DNA from: Candidatus Omnitrophota bacterium
Lineage (GTDB): Bacteria; Omnitrophota; Gorgyraeia; Gygaellales; Profunditerraquicolaceae
NCBI GenBank assembly: GCA_043812955.1
Contig: JBDRLN010000061.1
Coordinates: forward strand, 7,231 to 71,230
Length of the DNA: 64,000 nucleotides
Direction: 5' to 3'
In this document: positions 53,375-61,541 of the stretch, in pieces
Numbering within the stretch: position 1 is the stretch's first letter
How the letters are laid out: each line of letters opens with the position of its first letter
Notes under the pieces: generated by a model
What the model was told of the DNA's origin: nothing
Seen by the model: the letters and a program-made list of their open reading frames with translations, nothing else
The model's database searches: none
Program-made: the position numbers and the translations under genes

Positions 53375-53421
53375 CCCTAATTTGCCCTACCTACTACATA
53401 CTACCTACTATCTACTAAATA
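53375..53421. repeat. Heptamer array, CTACCTA/CTACATA family
   Basis: CTACCTA CTACATA CTACCTA CTATCTA CTAAATA. Confidence 0.8.
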
Positions 53422-54192
53422 TTATATTCGCATTTCTACTCCCTTACTGCGCAGATATTCTTTAACCTGTTTAATGCTAAATTCTCCGTAATGAAAAAGC
53501 GAAGCGGCCAAACAGGCATCCGCGCCAGCCTTATCTAAAATATCAAAAAAATGCTCCATTTTTCCCGCGCCGCCTGAAGCTATAATCGGGATGTTTACAC
53601 TATCGCTGACTGCCTTGGTTAAATCCAGATCATAGCCTTCCTTAGTGCCGTCATAATCCATACTAGTCAAAAGTATCTCGCCCGCACCTAATTCCGCAGC
53701 CTGTTTAGCCCAATTTACAGCATCCAGGTCAACAGGCGTTCTTCCGCCATTAATAAACACTTCCCACCCAGCCTCTGCGTGCAGGGGCCGGGTCTTTTTA
53801 GCGTCTATAGCGACAACAATACACTGGCTGCCGAATCTATCCGACGCCTCTTTAATCAATCCCGGATATTTAACTGCCGCGCTATTTATCGAAACTTTAT
53901 CCGCTCCGGCATTTAACAGGTCCCGGATATCGTTAATATCCCGTATGCCTCCGCCGACAGTAAAAGGCATAAATATATTTATGGCTATATCTTTCACTAA
54001 ATCAATCAGCGTCTTCCTATTTTCAAAACTGGCGGTAATATCTAGAAAAACCAGTTCATCCGCCTGCTGACAATCATAAACCCTAGCTACTTCTACAGGA
54101 TCACCAGCGTCACGCAGGCCTAAAAATTTTATCCCCTTGACTACCCTGCCATCTTTTATATCCAAACAGGGAATAATACGCTTAGTTAACAT
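53422..54192 (-). CDS. hisF: Imidazole glycerol phosphate synthase cyclase subunit
   Basis: [24 protein letters not shown]. Confidence 0.97.
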   Translation of the reverse strand: MLTKRIIPCLDIKDGRVVKGIKFLGLRDAGDPVEVARVYDCQQADELVFLDITASFENRKTLIDLVKDIAINIFMPFTVGGGIRDINDIRDLLNAGADKVSINSAAVKYPGLIKEASDRFGSQCIVVAIDAKKTRPLHAEAGWEVFINGGRTPVDLDAVNWAKQAAELGAGEILLTSMDYDGTKEGYDLDLTKAVSDSVNIPIIASGGAGKMEHFFDILDKAGADACLAASLFHYGEFSIKQVKEYLRSKGVEMRI

Positions 54193-54625
54193 GCGCCTTT
54201 AACAACTCCCAGGTTTTTTTGCCTACCTTGCCGTCAGCATGCAGATTGTTAGCTTTTTGAAAATTTTTAATCGCCTCTACAGTATTCTTTCCGATCTTCC
54301 CGTCAATATTGCCATTATAAAAATTGGCATTCTTTAAAGCAGTCTGGATCGCCTTAGGGGTGGGGCGAATTTTAATCTTGAGGTCAGCTTTCTCAATAGA
54401 GAAACTTTTGACTGCCACTTCTTTTTCTGCGCTAGCCTTATTCAGGGCTTCTTTTAAATCATAAATCTCTTGATCCTTTTCTTTAAGCCTGGTCTCTAAA
54501 ACCCTAATCTGATTTTTCAAACCCTGTGACTCTAAGCCCGGTTTTCTGCCCATAGTAGCACAGCCACTGATTAAAACTAGAATAAAACCACAGATTAAAA
54601 ACATAACACCTTTCACCCTAAGCAT
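54182..54625 (-). CDS. Lipoprotein with coiled coil and peptidoglycan-binding domain
   Basis: ISGC lipobox; IQTAL..FY.G.IDG..G..T..AIKNFQ..LHADG.VG..TW. Confidence 0.8.
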   Translation of the reverse strand: MLRVKGVMFLICGFILVLISGCATMGRKPGLESQGLKNQIRVLETRLKEKDQEIYDLKEALNKASAEKEVAVKSFSIEKADLKIKIRPTPKAIQTALKNANFYNGNIDGKIGKNTVEAIKNFQKANNLHADGKVGKKTWELLKAHVN

Positions 54626-54636
54626 ATTCTCACCCC

Positions 54637-55359
54637 CTATTTTAATCTCAAGGCCTGTCTTAAAATAAGCTTCTGCTCATATAAAGCCTTGCCTATTATT
54701 ATTCCGGTCAAACCAAACTTCTCTAGTTTTTTTAAACCAGCTACATCTTTAAGACAGGAAACGCCACCTGAAGCAATAACTCCTATTCTCGATTTTTGCA
54801 TAAGATCTTTTATGCCCCGCGTATTCGGGCCCTTAAGCATACCATCTTTTGATGTATCGGTATAAATAATTTCTTTAAACCGTAAACCTTTTAAATATAC
54901 GGCAAAGGTCAACAGGTCAAATCCCTTACATGTCCCTTTCCACCCCCTAGTTTTTATCCGGCTCCCTTTAGCGTCAATACTAACAATAATCCGGGACCCA
55001 AACTTATTACAAGCTTCTTTTAAGAAATCCCTATCCTCAATTGCCCTGGTCCCTAAAACCACCCGGTATACGCCAAAATTAAGCAATTCTTTTATTGTCT
55101 GAATATTTCTTACTCCGCCGCCAAATTCAACCGGTATATTTACGGAATTTAATATTTTCTTTAATAGCGACTTATTCTTAAGGACGCCGGAAAAAGCTCC
55201 GTCTAAATCCACCACGTGCAATAATTTAGCCCCCTGCCTTTCCCAACCTAAAGCGATCTCACAGGGATCCTGAGAATATTCAACCTTATCTTTAACCTTG
55301 CCCTGGCATAGCCTTACTACACAACCGTCTTTTAAATCTATTGCCGGTATTATTAGCAT
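54637..55359 (-). CDS. hisA: ProFAR isomerase
   Basis: IPAIDL, LHVVDLDGA, GGGVR, ASGGV. Confidence 0.96.
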   Translation of the reverse strand: MLIIPAIDLKDGCVVRLCQGKVKDKVEYSQDPCEIALGWERQGAKLLHVVDLDGAFSGVLKNKSLLKKILNSVNIPVEFGGGVRNIQTIKELLNFGVYRVVLGTRAIEDRDFLKEACNKFGSRIIVSIDAKGSRIKTRGWKGTCKGFDLLTFAVYLKGLRFKEIIYTDTSKDGMLKGPNTRGIKDLMQKSRIGVIASGGVSCLKDVAGLKKLEKFGLTGIIIGKALYEQKLILRQALRLK

Positions 55360-55372
55360 ATTTCCATATCAG

Positions 55373-55451
55373 GCAGGGACGGTTCTCAAGCCAAAGCTAA
55401 ACTGTCCCCAAAAAAGGGACACTTTAAGATCAAGTTAAGAACCGTCCCTGC
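55373..55451. repeat. GGGACGGTTCT inverted-repeat element, copy B
   Basis: GCAGGGACGGTTCT...AGAACCGTCCCTGC; core inverted relative to copy A. Confidence 0.9.
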
Positions 55452-55454
55452 ATT

Positions 55455-56105
55455 TTATAATTCAACGAAGTTTTTCAATATTTTCAGTCCCACAGCCTGG
55501 CTTTTCTCAGGATGAAACTGCACACCGATTATATTATCCTGCCAGACCACAGAAGCAAAATTAATCCCATAATCAGTAGTGGCGGCAACTACGGCTTTAT
55601 CCTCAGGCTGCGGATAATAAGAATGGCAGAAATAAACATAAGGCTTCTCTGACAGCCCCCTTAATAACGGGCATTCCTTTATCCCTGGCCCCTTATCACC
55701 TTCCTGTCGCTGAGGCAGACTTATCCCTGTATTCAACTGGTTCCAACCCATATGCGGGACTTTTAAACCCCTACCAGGAACAAATTTTTTTACCTCTCCT
55801 CTTAATACTCCTAAGCCTTTAACGCCATTAGATTCTTCGCTAGTTTCAAATAACAGCTGCATGCCTAAACATATTCCTAAAAATATCTTCTTATGTTTTA
55901 TAGCATCAATAACAGCTGAAATTAAACCCTGCCTATCCATCTCGGATACAGCGTCAGCAAAAGCCCCCACACCGGGAAGGACTATCTTTTCGCATTTATT
56001 CAATACTTCAGGCTTATTAGTCAATAAAACCTTAGCGCCTAAAGACTTTAGAGCCTTTTGAACGCTATGGATGTTGCCCATTCCATAATCAATTATCCCG
56101 ATCAT
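55455..56105 (-). CDS. hisH: Imidazole glycerol phosphate synthase glutaminase subunit
   Basis: PGVG, GICLGMQ, PHMGWN, QFHPEKS. Confidence 0.97.
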   Translation of the reverse strand: MIGIIDYGMGNIHSVQKALKSLGAKVLLTNKPEVLNKCEKIVLPGVGAFADAVSEMDRQGLISAVIDAIKHKKIFLGICLGMQLLFETSEESNGVKGLGVLRGEVKKFVPGRGLKVPHMGWNQLNTGISLPQRQEGDKGPGIKECPLLRGLSEKPYVYFCHSYYPQPEDKAVVAATTDYGINFASVVWQDNIIGVQFHPEKSQAVGLKILKNFVEL

Positions 56106-56107
56106 TT

Positions 56108-56205
56108 TTTAATTATATTCCACAGATATACACGGATGCAAAGAACGGATAAAAACGGATAATCCGTGGAGATCCGTTAATAAATCAGTGCAAATCCGTG
56201 ACTTA
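56108..56205. mobile_element. Nonamer inverted-repeat element (ACGGAT/ATCCGT) at hisB-hisH junction
   Basis: CACAGATATACACGGAT..AACGGAT facing ATCCGTG..ATCAGTG..ATCCGTG; ATCATTT direct repeats at 56101-56107 and 56206-56212. Confidence 0.7.
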
Positions 56206-56210
56206 ATCAT

Positions 56211-56816
56211 TTAATCAATTATTCCTTTAGTGGAAGGAATACCCTTTCTACGCGGATCAATTTGGGTGGCCTGATCTAAAGCAATGCCCAAAGCCTTAAA
56301 TACTGGTTCTAAAATTGCGTGTAAATCCGGACTCGTGTTCTCTATTTTGATATTAAGATTTGCCCCTAACTGTTGCGCCAGCGATTCAAAAAAATGCTGA
56401 GCATATTCAGCTTTATATTTTTCTTTAATCTGCGCGCCAGTAAGTACGCCCGGAATGTCCGGGGTTAATTCAAGAGAAGACCGACCGCAGATATCAATCG
56501 TAACGTTAGCGGTTATGTTTTCCATCGGCGCCGAAGCAGAACCGATCCTCTTTATACCCTTTTTGTCTCCGAGCGCCCTTTTGAATGCCTGGCCCAAAAC
56601 GATTGCTACATCTTCATTGGTATGGTGTATATCTACTTTTAAATCGCCCTTAGCTTCAATTTCTAAATCAAAAAGCCCCCAAAAGGCAAATAATTCCAAC
56701 ATATGATCCAGAAAACCGATACCGGTATTGATTTTCGATTTCCCTGAGCCGTCGATATTTAACTTTAGGTTTATATCAGTTTCTTTTGTCTTTCTCTTTA
56801 TCCCGGCTTTTCTCAT
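56211..56816 (-). CDS. hisB: Imidazoleglycerol-phosphate dehydratase (degenerate second metal motif)
   Basis: RKTKETDI, FLDHML, DIHHTNED, PSTKG; start reset to 56816 after GGAG. Confidence 0.88.
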   Translation of the reverse strand: MRKAGIKRKTKETDINLKLNIDGSGKSKINTGIGFLDHMLELFAFWGLFDLEIEAKGDLKVDIHHTNEDVAIVLGQAFKRALGDKKGIKRIGSASAPMENITANVTIDICGRSSLELTPDIPGVLTGAQIKEKYKAEYAQHFFESLAQQLGANLNIKIENTSPDLHAILEPVFKALGIALDQATQIDPRRKGIPSTKGIID

Positions 56817-56827
56817 TCTATCTCCTT

Positions 56828-56915
56828 GAGCACCAATATACGCCGTCAGGCGCATCTAGCGAAATCCTACGAAACCCGTTACATATATAATCCGAATCTT
56901 AGGGCGTAGTAGGAT
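56828..56915. repeat. REP-like double-hairpin unit related to 13313-13417
   Basis: GAGCAC..TACGCC-GTCA-GGCGCATCTAGCGAAATCCTAC...GTAGGAT. Confidence 0.6.
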
Positions 56916-56919
56916 CATA

Positions 56920-58146
56920 TTACTCAAACCTGGCTTTAACCGATTCCAAATGCTGACCTAATCCTTCAATACTGGCAATTTTCTCCAGAGGCTCTCTTAA
57001 TTTCTCTAAATATTTTTTAGAATAGCCAATGACATGACTGCTTTTTACAAAATCCACGGCTGATAAACCGGAGAAAAATCTGGCAGTCCCTCCGGTTGGC
57101 AATACATGGCTTGGGCCGGCAACATAATCACCGATAGCTGTCGGGCTATATGGCCCCAGAAAAATTGCTCCGGCATTACGGATACCTTTTAATAAACGCT
57201 GGTAATTCTTTACTAGGATCTCTAAATGTTCCGGGGCAATCCTATTAGAAATCTCTACTGCTTCATCCAAATTTTTAGTTAAGATTATAAACCCGTTTAC
57301 ATCAACAGCCTTTGCTTTTATCTCCTTAGCTAAACCTTTAGAATTTGTAACCAGTATAGCCAGGCCATTAACGTGCTCGGCCTGGGCTTTTAAGTCAGCG
57401 ATAATGAATTTCGGGTCGCTGGAACGATTAGCGATTATTACCAGCTCAGTTGGTCCGGCGATCATATCAATATCCACCTGGCCAAAAACCTGCCGCTTTG
57501 CTTCATTAACATAAACATTACCAGGGCCGACGATTTTATCTACCCTGGGTATCGTCTTGGTCCCGTAAGCTAAAGCGGCTATCCCCTGAGCCCCGCCTAT
57601 CCGGTAGATCTCATCAACTTTTAAAAGATTAGCTACTACTAAAATATGAGGATTAATAAACCCTTGTTTATTCGGAGGGCTGATTAACACTATTTTTTTA
57701 ACTCCTGCGATTTTAGCCGGAAGCACAGTCATATAAACCGTAGAGACCAAAGGCGCCGTGCCTGCCGGTATATAAACCCCTAATTTATCGATTGGCTGGT
57801 AATTCTCCCCCAGGATTAAGCCTTCGCTGTCTTTTATCCTCCAAGATTTTTTCAGGGTCCTGCGGTAAAAACGATTGATATTATCAATGATTATTTTGAG
57901 GCTAGAGACAAAATTCGGGCTGATATTCTGGTAGGCGCCACTGACTTCGATAGCTGAAACCTTAATCTGACGGCCGGTTAACTTCACCTTGTCAAATTTA
58001 CGGGTATATTTTAAAACCGCTTCATCGCCCAGCAGGCGAACGTCATCGATTATCTGCCTAACCTTGTCTTCTACCCTCCTGGAACGGATTAGCCCCCGGT
58101 TATAAATCTTTTCTAATTTTTGGGAGTTCGAGCGGATTATCTTCAC
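56920..58146 (-). CDS. hisD: Histidinol dehydrogenase (GTG start created by element)
   Basis: GPGN.YV, IDMIAGPTE, QAEH, APEHL, GPSHVLPT. Confidence 0.96.
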   Translation of the reverse strand: MKIIRSNSQKLEKIYNRGLIRSRRVEDKVRQIIDDVRLLGDEAVLKYTRKFDKVKLTGRQIKVSAIEVSGAYQNISPNFVSSLKIIIDNINRFYRRTLKKSWRIKDSEGLILGENYQPIDKLGVYIPAGTAPLVSTVYMTVLPAKIAGVKKIVLISPPNKQGFINPHILVVANLLKVDEIYRIGGAQGIAALAYGTKTIPRVDKIVGPGNVYVNEAKRQVFGQVDIDMIAGPTELVIIANRSSDPKFIIADLKAQAEHVNGLAILVTNSKGLAKEIKAKAVDVNGFIILTKNLDEAVEISNRIAPEHLEILVKNYQRLLKGIRNAGAIFLGPYSPTAIGDYVAGPSHVLPTGGTARFFSGLSAVDFVKSSHVIGYSKKYLEKLREPLEKIASIEGLGQHLESVKARFE

Positions 58147-58221
58147 CCCGCACCTTCTTTCTTGATAAGAATTCCAGCACCATTTATCTTATAATCATTT
58201 AATTTTCTAGACGGTGCGATA
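58146..58221. mobile_element. MITE-like CCCCGCACC element inserted at hisD start
   Basis: CCCCGCACCTTCT ... AGACGGTGCGATA; TTCA direct repeats at 58142-58145 and 58222-58225. Confidence 0.75.
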
Positions 58222-58225
58222 TTCA

Positions 58226-60895
58226 TTATAGCGCCTCAATAATCTTAATTAATTCCGCAAATGCTTGTGAAAAATTTTCAGGCCTAGTTCCGCCAGCCTG
58301 GGCAAAATCACTCCGTCCTCCGCCGCTTCCACCTAATACCGATGCTACCTGTTGCACGAATTTACCGGCGCTTAAACCCTGGTCAACTAAATCTTTAGTT
58401 AAACCGATAACTAGTATTGCCTTGTTATCTCTGACTGACCCTAAAGCAATGATCGCGTTATCAGTCTTTTGCTTGATCAGATCTACGGTTTTCCTCAGTA
58501 TATCCATCGATGAATCCTCGATAACTTTAGTGATGACTTTTTTTCCCTTTATTAACATTGCCTCCTGAACCAAACTGTCAACCCCAGAGGTTGCCACGGT
58601 TAATTTCTGAGAACTAAGCTGTTTCTCCATATCCCTGGCGCTAGAGAGCCTTTTTTGGACTTCCGAAACGATTTTTTCCATAGGCGCAGTTAAAATCGAA
58701 ACCAGCGATTCAATCACCTCTTCCTGTTTTTTAATCTCCTGATATGCCCCTAAACCCGTACGCGCCTCTATCCTTCTTACTCCGCTGGCAACCGAACCCT
58801 CGCTGATTATTTTAAATAAACCGATTGAGCCGGTATTATCCAAATGCGTCCCCGCGCAAAGCTCCTTAGAAACACCCTCAACTGAAACCACCCTGACTTT
58901 ATCATCATATTTCTCGCCAAAAAAAGCCAGGGCCCCAAGTTTTTTAGCCTGGATTAAAGACATCTCTTTCTTTTGCACTGGATGATTCTGGAGAATAAAA
59001 TCATTTACTAATTTCTCAATCCTATCCAACTCTCCTTTATCTATATTTTTAAAATGCGTAAAATCAAAACGCATCCTCTCCTGAGCAACCAATGAACCCT
59101 GTTGCTGCACATGAGGGCCTAAAACTTTTCTTAAAACTGCCTGCAAAAGATGGGTGGCGGTGTGATTCCTGGCTACCGACATCCGAAAATCATTATTCAG
59201 CTGCGCTAAAACTTCGTCGCCTTTTTTAAATTTACCCTGCTTAACTTTACCAAGATGGGCTGTCACTTCGCCTAATTTAACGCTGTTTGAGACTGCGAAT
59301 ATATTTTTACCCTTTACTATTTCACCGATATCTCCGACCTGCCCTCCGGACTCGCCATAAAAAACAGTCTGATCCAGAATAATAACTGCTTCTTCACCAG
59401 GCAATACCTGATTTTTCTCAATATATTCATTATCTAATATAATCAGTATCGAGGCATCAGTTAAATCTTTTGTATACCCCAAGAATTTAGTATTCTTAAC
59501 TCTGAGGGTAACTTGGCCACCAGAAAAAACATCGCCTTTCATTTTACTAAATGATTTTGAAAGGTTCTTCTGTTTATCAAGCTCATTTTGAAAAGATGCT
59601 TCAAAATTTTCGTTTACCTTGATATGCTTTTTATATAGCTCATCCTTGGTTATTTCCAAAGGGATGCCGTTAGTATCATATAATCTATAGCCGGAAATAC
59701 CTAAAGCCCCAGAGGTAGTTGAGCTAGCGCAAATATATCCTTCTATGTTTGGATCATTTTCTAGCCCTGTTTTAACTTTCTTAATTTCACTATCTACTAA
59801 AGCGCTACTCAAACGCAAGGTATTTATAAAATTATTTTCTTCGGCCAGAATAACCTCAGCAATATCTTCCCGGCGTTTATCCAGATCCGGATATGGATTC
59901 TTCATCACCGCTGATAATACCGGCACCAGGGTATAAAGAAATGCGGATTTTAAACCCATACCCCTTAAATGCATAATTGATTTACGGATCAATTTCCTGA
60001 CCACATAACCCCTGCCTTCATTTGAAGGCATGACGCCGTCGTATATAGCAAAAACTATTGCCCGTAAATGATCAGAAATAGCGTATAAATCTTTAGCGCC
60101 GGGTGATTTCTTTGCTGAGTTGCGGATTTCGTTGATTATCGGTTGAAACAAATCAGTCTCAAAATTATTACTTTTACCTTGCATAATCCGGGCTAACCTC
60201 TCTAATCCCATTCCGGTATCAATATTTTTTTTAGGCAAAGGTTCCAGCAGGCCGCCATCTTTACGGTTAAACTGAGTAAACACTAAGTTCCAAACCTCAA
60301 CAAATCTTCCACAGCTGCAAGCAGGCGAACATTCGGTCTTTTTACAGCCAATATCAGGGCCAAAATCCAGGAATATCTCCGAGCAGGGACCGCACGGCCC
60401 GTTAGGCCCTTTTTGTTTAGCCTCTGCCGGCCAAAAATTATCTTTATCCCCAAGTTTAACTATTTTTTTTCCCGGAATCTTAATTTTATCTCTCCAGATC
60501 TTATAGGCTTCATCATCATCCTGGTAAACCGAAACCCAAAGGTCTCCTTCTTTAATATTTAGCTCTTTAGTTAGAAACTCCCAGGCCCAGACAATCGCGT
60601 CTTCTTTAAAATAATCTCCGAAAGAAAAATTTCCCAGCATTTCAAAAAATGTATGGTGAGAATCAGTCTTGCCCACTTTATCCAAATCATCGGTGCGCAG
60701 GCAACGCTGGGAGCTAGCTGCCCGGGTAAAACCCGTAAGCTGACCCAGAAACTGTTTTTTAAACTGGTTCATCCCCGCCGGCGTAAATAAAACAGTCGGG
60801 TCATCCTTAGGCACTAAAGAGTCGCTTTCAACTAGCTTATGCTTTTTGGATTTAAAAAAGGTTAAAAATTTTTCTCTTAATATATCTGTCTTCAT
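58226..60895 (-). CDS. alaS: Alanine--tRNA ligase
   Basis: HHTFFEMLGNFSFGDYFK, IDTGMGLER, HTATHLL, ELCAGTH, GGGG. Confidence 0.98.
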   Translation of the reverse strand: MKTDILREKFLTFFKSKKHKLVESDSLVPKDDPTVLFTPAGMNQFKKQFLGQLTGFTRAASSQRCLRTDDLDKVGKTDSHHTFFEMLGNFSFGDYFKEDAIVWAWEFLTKELNIKEGDLWVSVYQDDDEAYKIWRDKIKIPGKKIVKLGDKDNFWPAEAKQKGPNGPCGPCSEIFLDFGPDIGCKKTECSPACSCGRFVEVWNLVFTQFNRKDGGLLEPLPKKNIDTGMGLERLARIMQGKSNNFETDLFQPIINEIRNSAKKSPGAKDLYAISDHLRAIVFAIYDGVMPSNEGRGYVVRKLIRKSIMHLRGMGLKSAFLYTLVPVLSAVMKNPYPDLDKRREDIAEVILAEENNFINTLRLSSALVDSEIKKVKTGLENDPNIEGYICASSTTSGALGISGYRLYDTNGIPLEITKDELYKKHIKVNENFEASFQNELDKQKNLSKSFSKMKGDVFSGGQVTLRVKNTKFLGYTKDLTDASILIILDNEYIEKNQVLPGEEAVIILDQTVFYGESGGQVGDIGEIVKGKNIFAVSNSVKLGEVTAHLGKVKQGKFKKGDEVLAQLNNDFRMSVARNHTATHLLQAVLRKVLGPHVQQQGSLVAQERMRFDFTHFKNIDKGELDRIEKLVNDFILQNHPVQKKEMSLIQAKKLGALAFFGEKYDDKVRVVSVEGVSKELCAGTHLDNTGSIGLFKIISEGSVASGVRRIEARTGLGAYQEIKKQEEVIESLVSILTAPMEKIVSEVQKRLSSARDMEKQLSSQKLTVATSGVDSLVQEAMLIKGKKVITKVIEDSSMDILRKTVDLIKQKTDNAIIALGSVRDNKAILVIGLTKDLVDQGLSAGKFVQQVASVLGGSGGGRSDFAQAGGTRPENFSQAFAELIKIIEAL

Positions 60896-60905
60896 CTCAT
60901 AGACT

Positions 60906-61062
60906 GGGGACCAGGTCCCTTCGCTCTAACGTTATACACTACAGTAATTTCCAGCAAGTCAGTATTAACTTTTTCAAAGTTATACTTATATTAAAAAAAT
61001 GCAAAGTGACTATCTGTAACTAGTATATGCTGCAATTGGTTATATTGAATGGACCAGTCCCC
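60906..61062. repeat. AT-rich spacer bounded by GGGGAC...GTCCCC inverted ends
   Basis: GGGGACCAGGTCCCTTC versus GAATGGACCAGTCCCC, abutting recX stop. Confidence 0.55.
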
Positions 61063-61541
61063 TAGTTCCTCTTAAATTTATTTAAAACATCAATTACCAC
61101 ATCCGGCGAAAAGCCCCGGCGGATCAGAAATCCGTAAACCCGAGCCAGGGCTTTTTGTGGTTCTATTGACCTTAACTTACTTAACTTTGTCTTTGCCAGC
61201 TCAAGGGCTATTTTATCTTGCGGATAATCTTTTTTAACCCGTTCAATCTGTTCATTGATAATATCTTCTTTTATGCCTTTAATTTTTAGCTCGGTTTTAA
61301 GCCTGCGGCAGCCTATTGGTTTTTTTACCCGGCTATCAACCCAAGCCTTAGCAAAAAAAATATCATTAATAAAATCTTTGCTTTTTAAAAAGGTTATAAC
61401 CTTTTGTATATTTTCTTGCGAAAAATCTTTCTTTTTAAGCCGCTGGTAAATCTCTTTCTCGCTGCGCAAGCGGAATTTAAGCAGAAAAAAAGCGTATCTT
61501 TTAGCCTTTTCTAAAGAACTAAGGTTTTTATTTTCCGCCAT
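61062..61541 (-). CDS. recX: Regulatory protein RecX
   Basis: RSEKE, FIND..FA, ELKIKGI, LIRRGFS; near recA. Confidence 0.9.
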   Translation of the reverse strand: MAENKNLSSLEKAKRYAFFLLKFRLRSEKEIYQRLKKKDFSQENIQKVITFLKSKDFINDIFFAKAWVDSRVKKPIGCRRLKTELKIKGIKEDIINEQIERVKKDYPQDKIALELAKTKLSKLRSIEPQKALARVYGFLIRRGFSPDVVIDVLNKFKRN

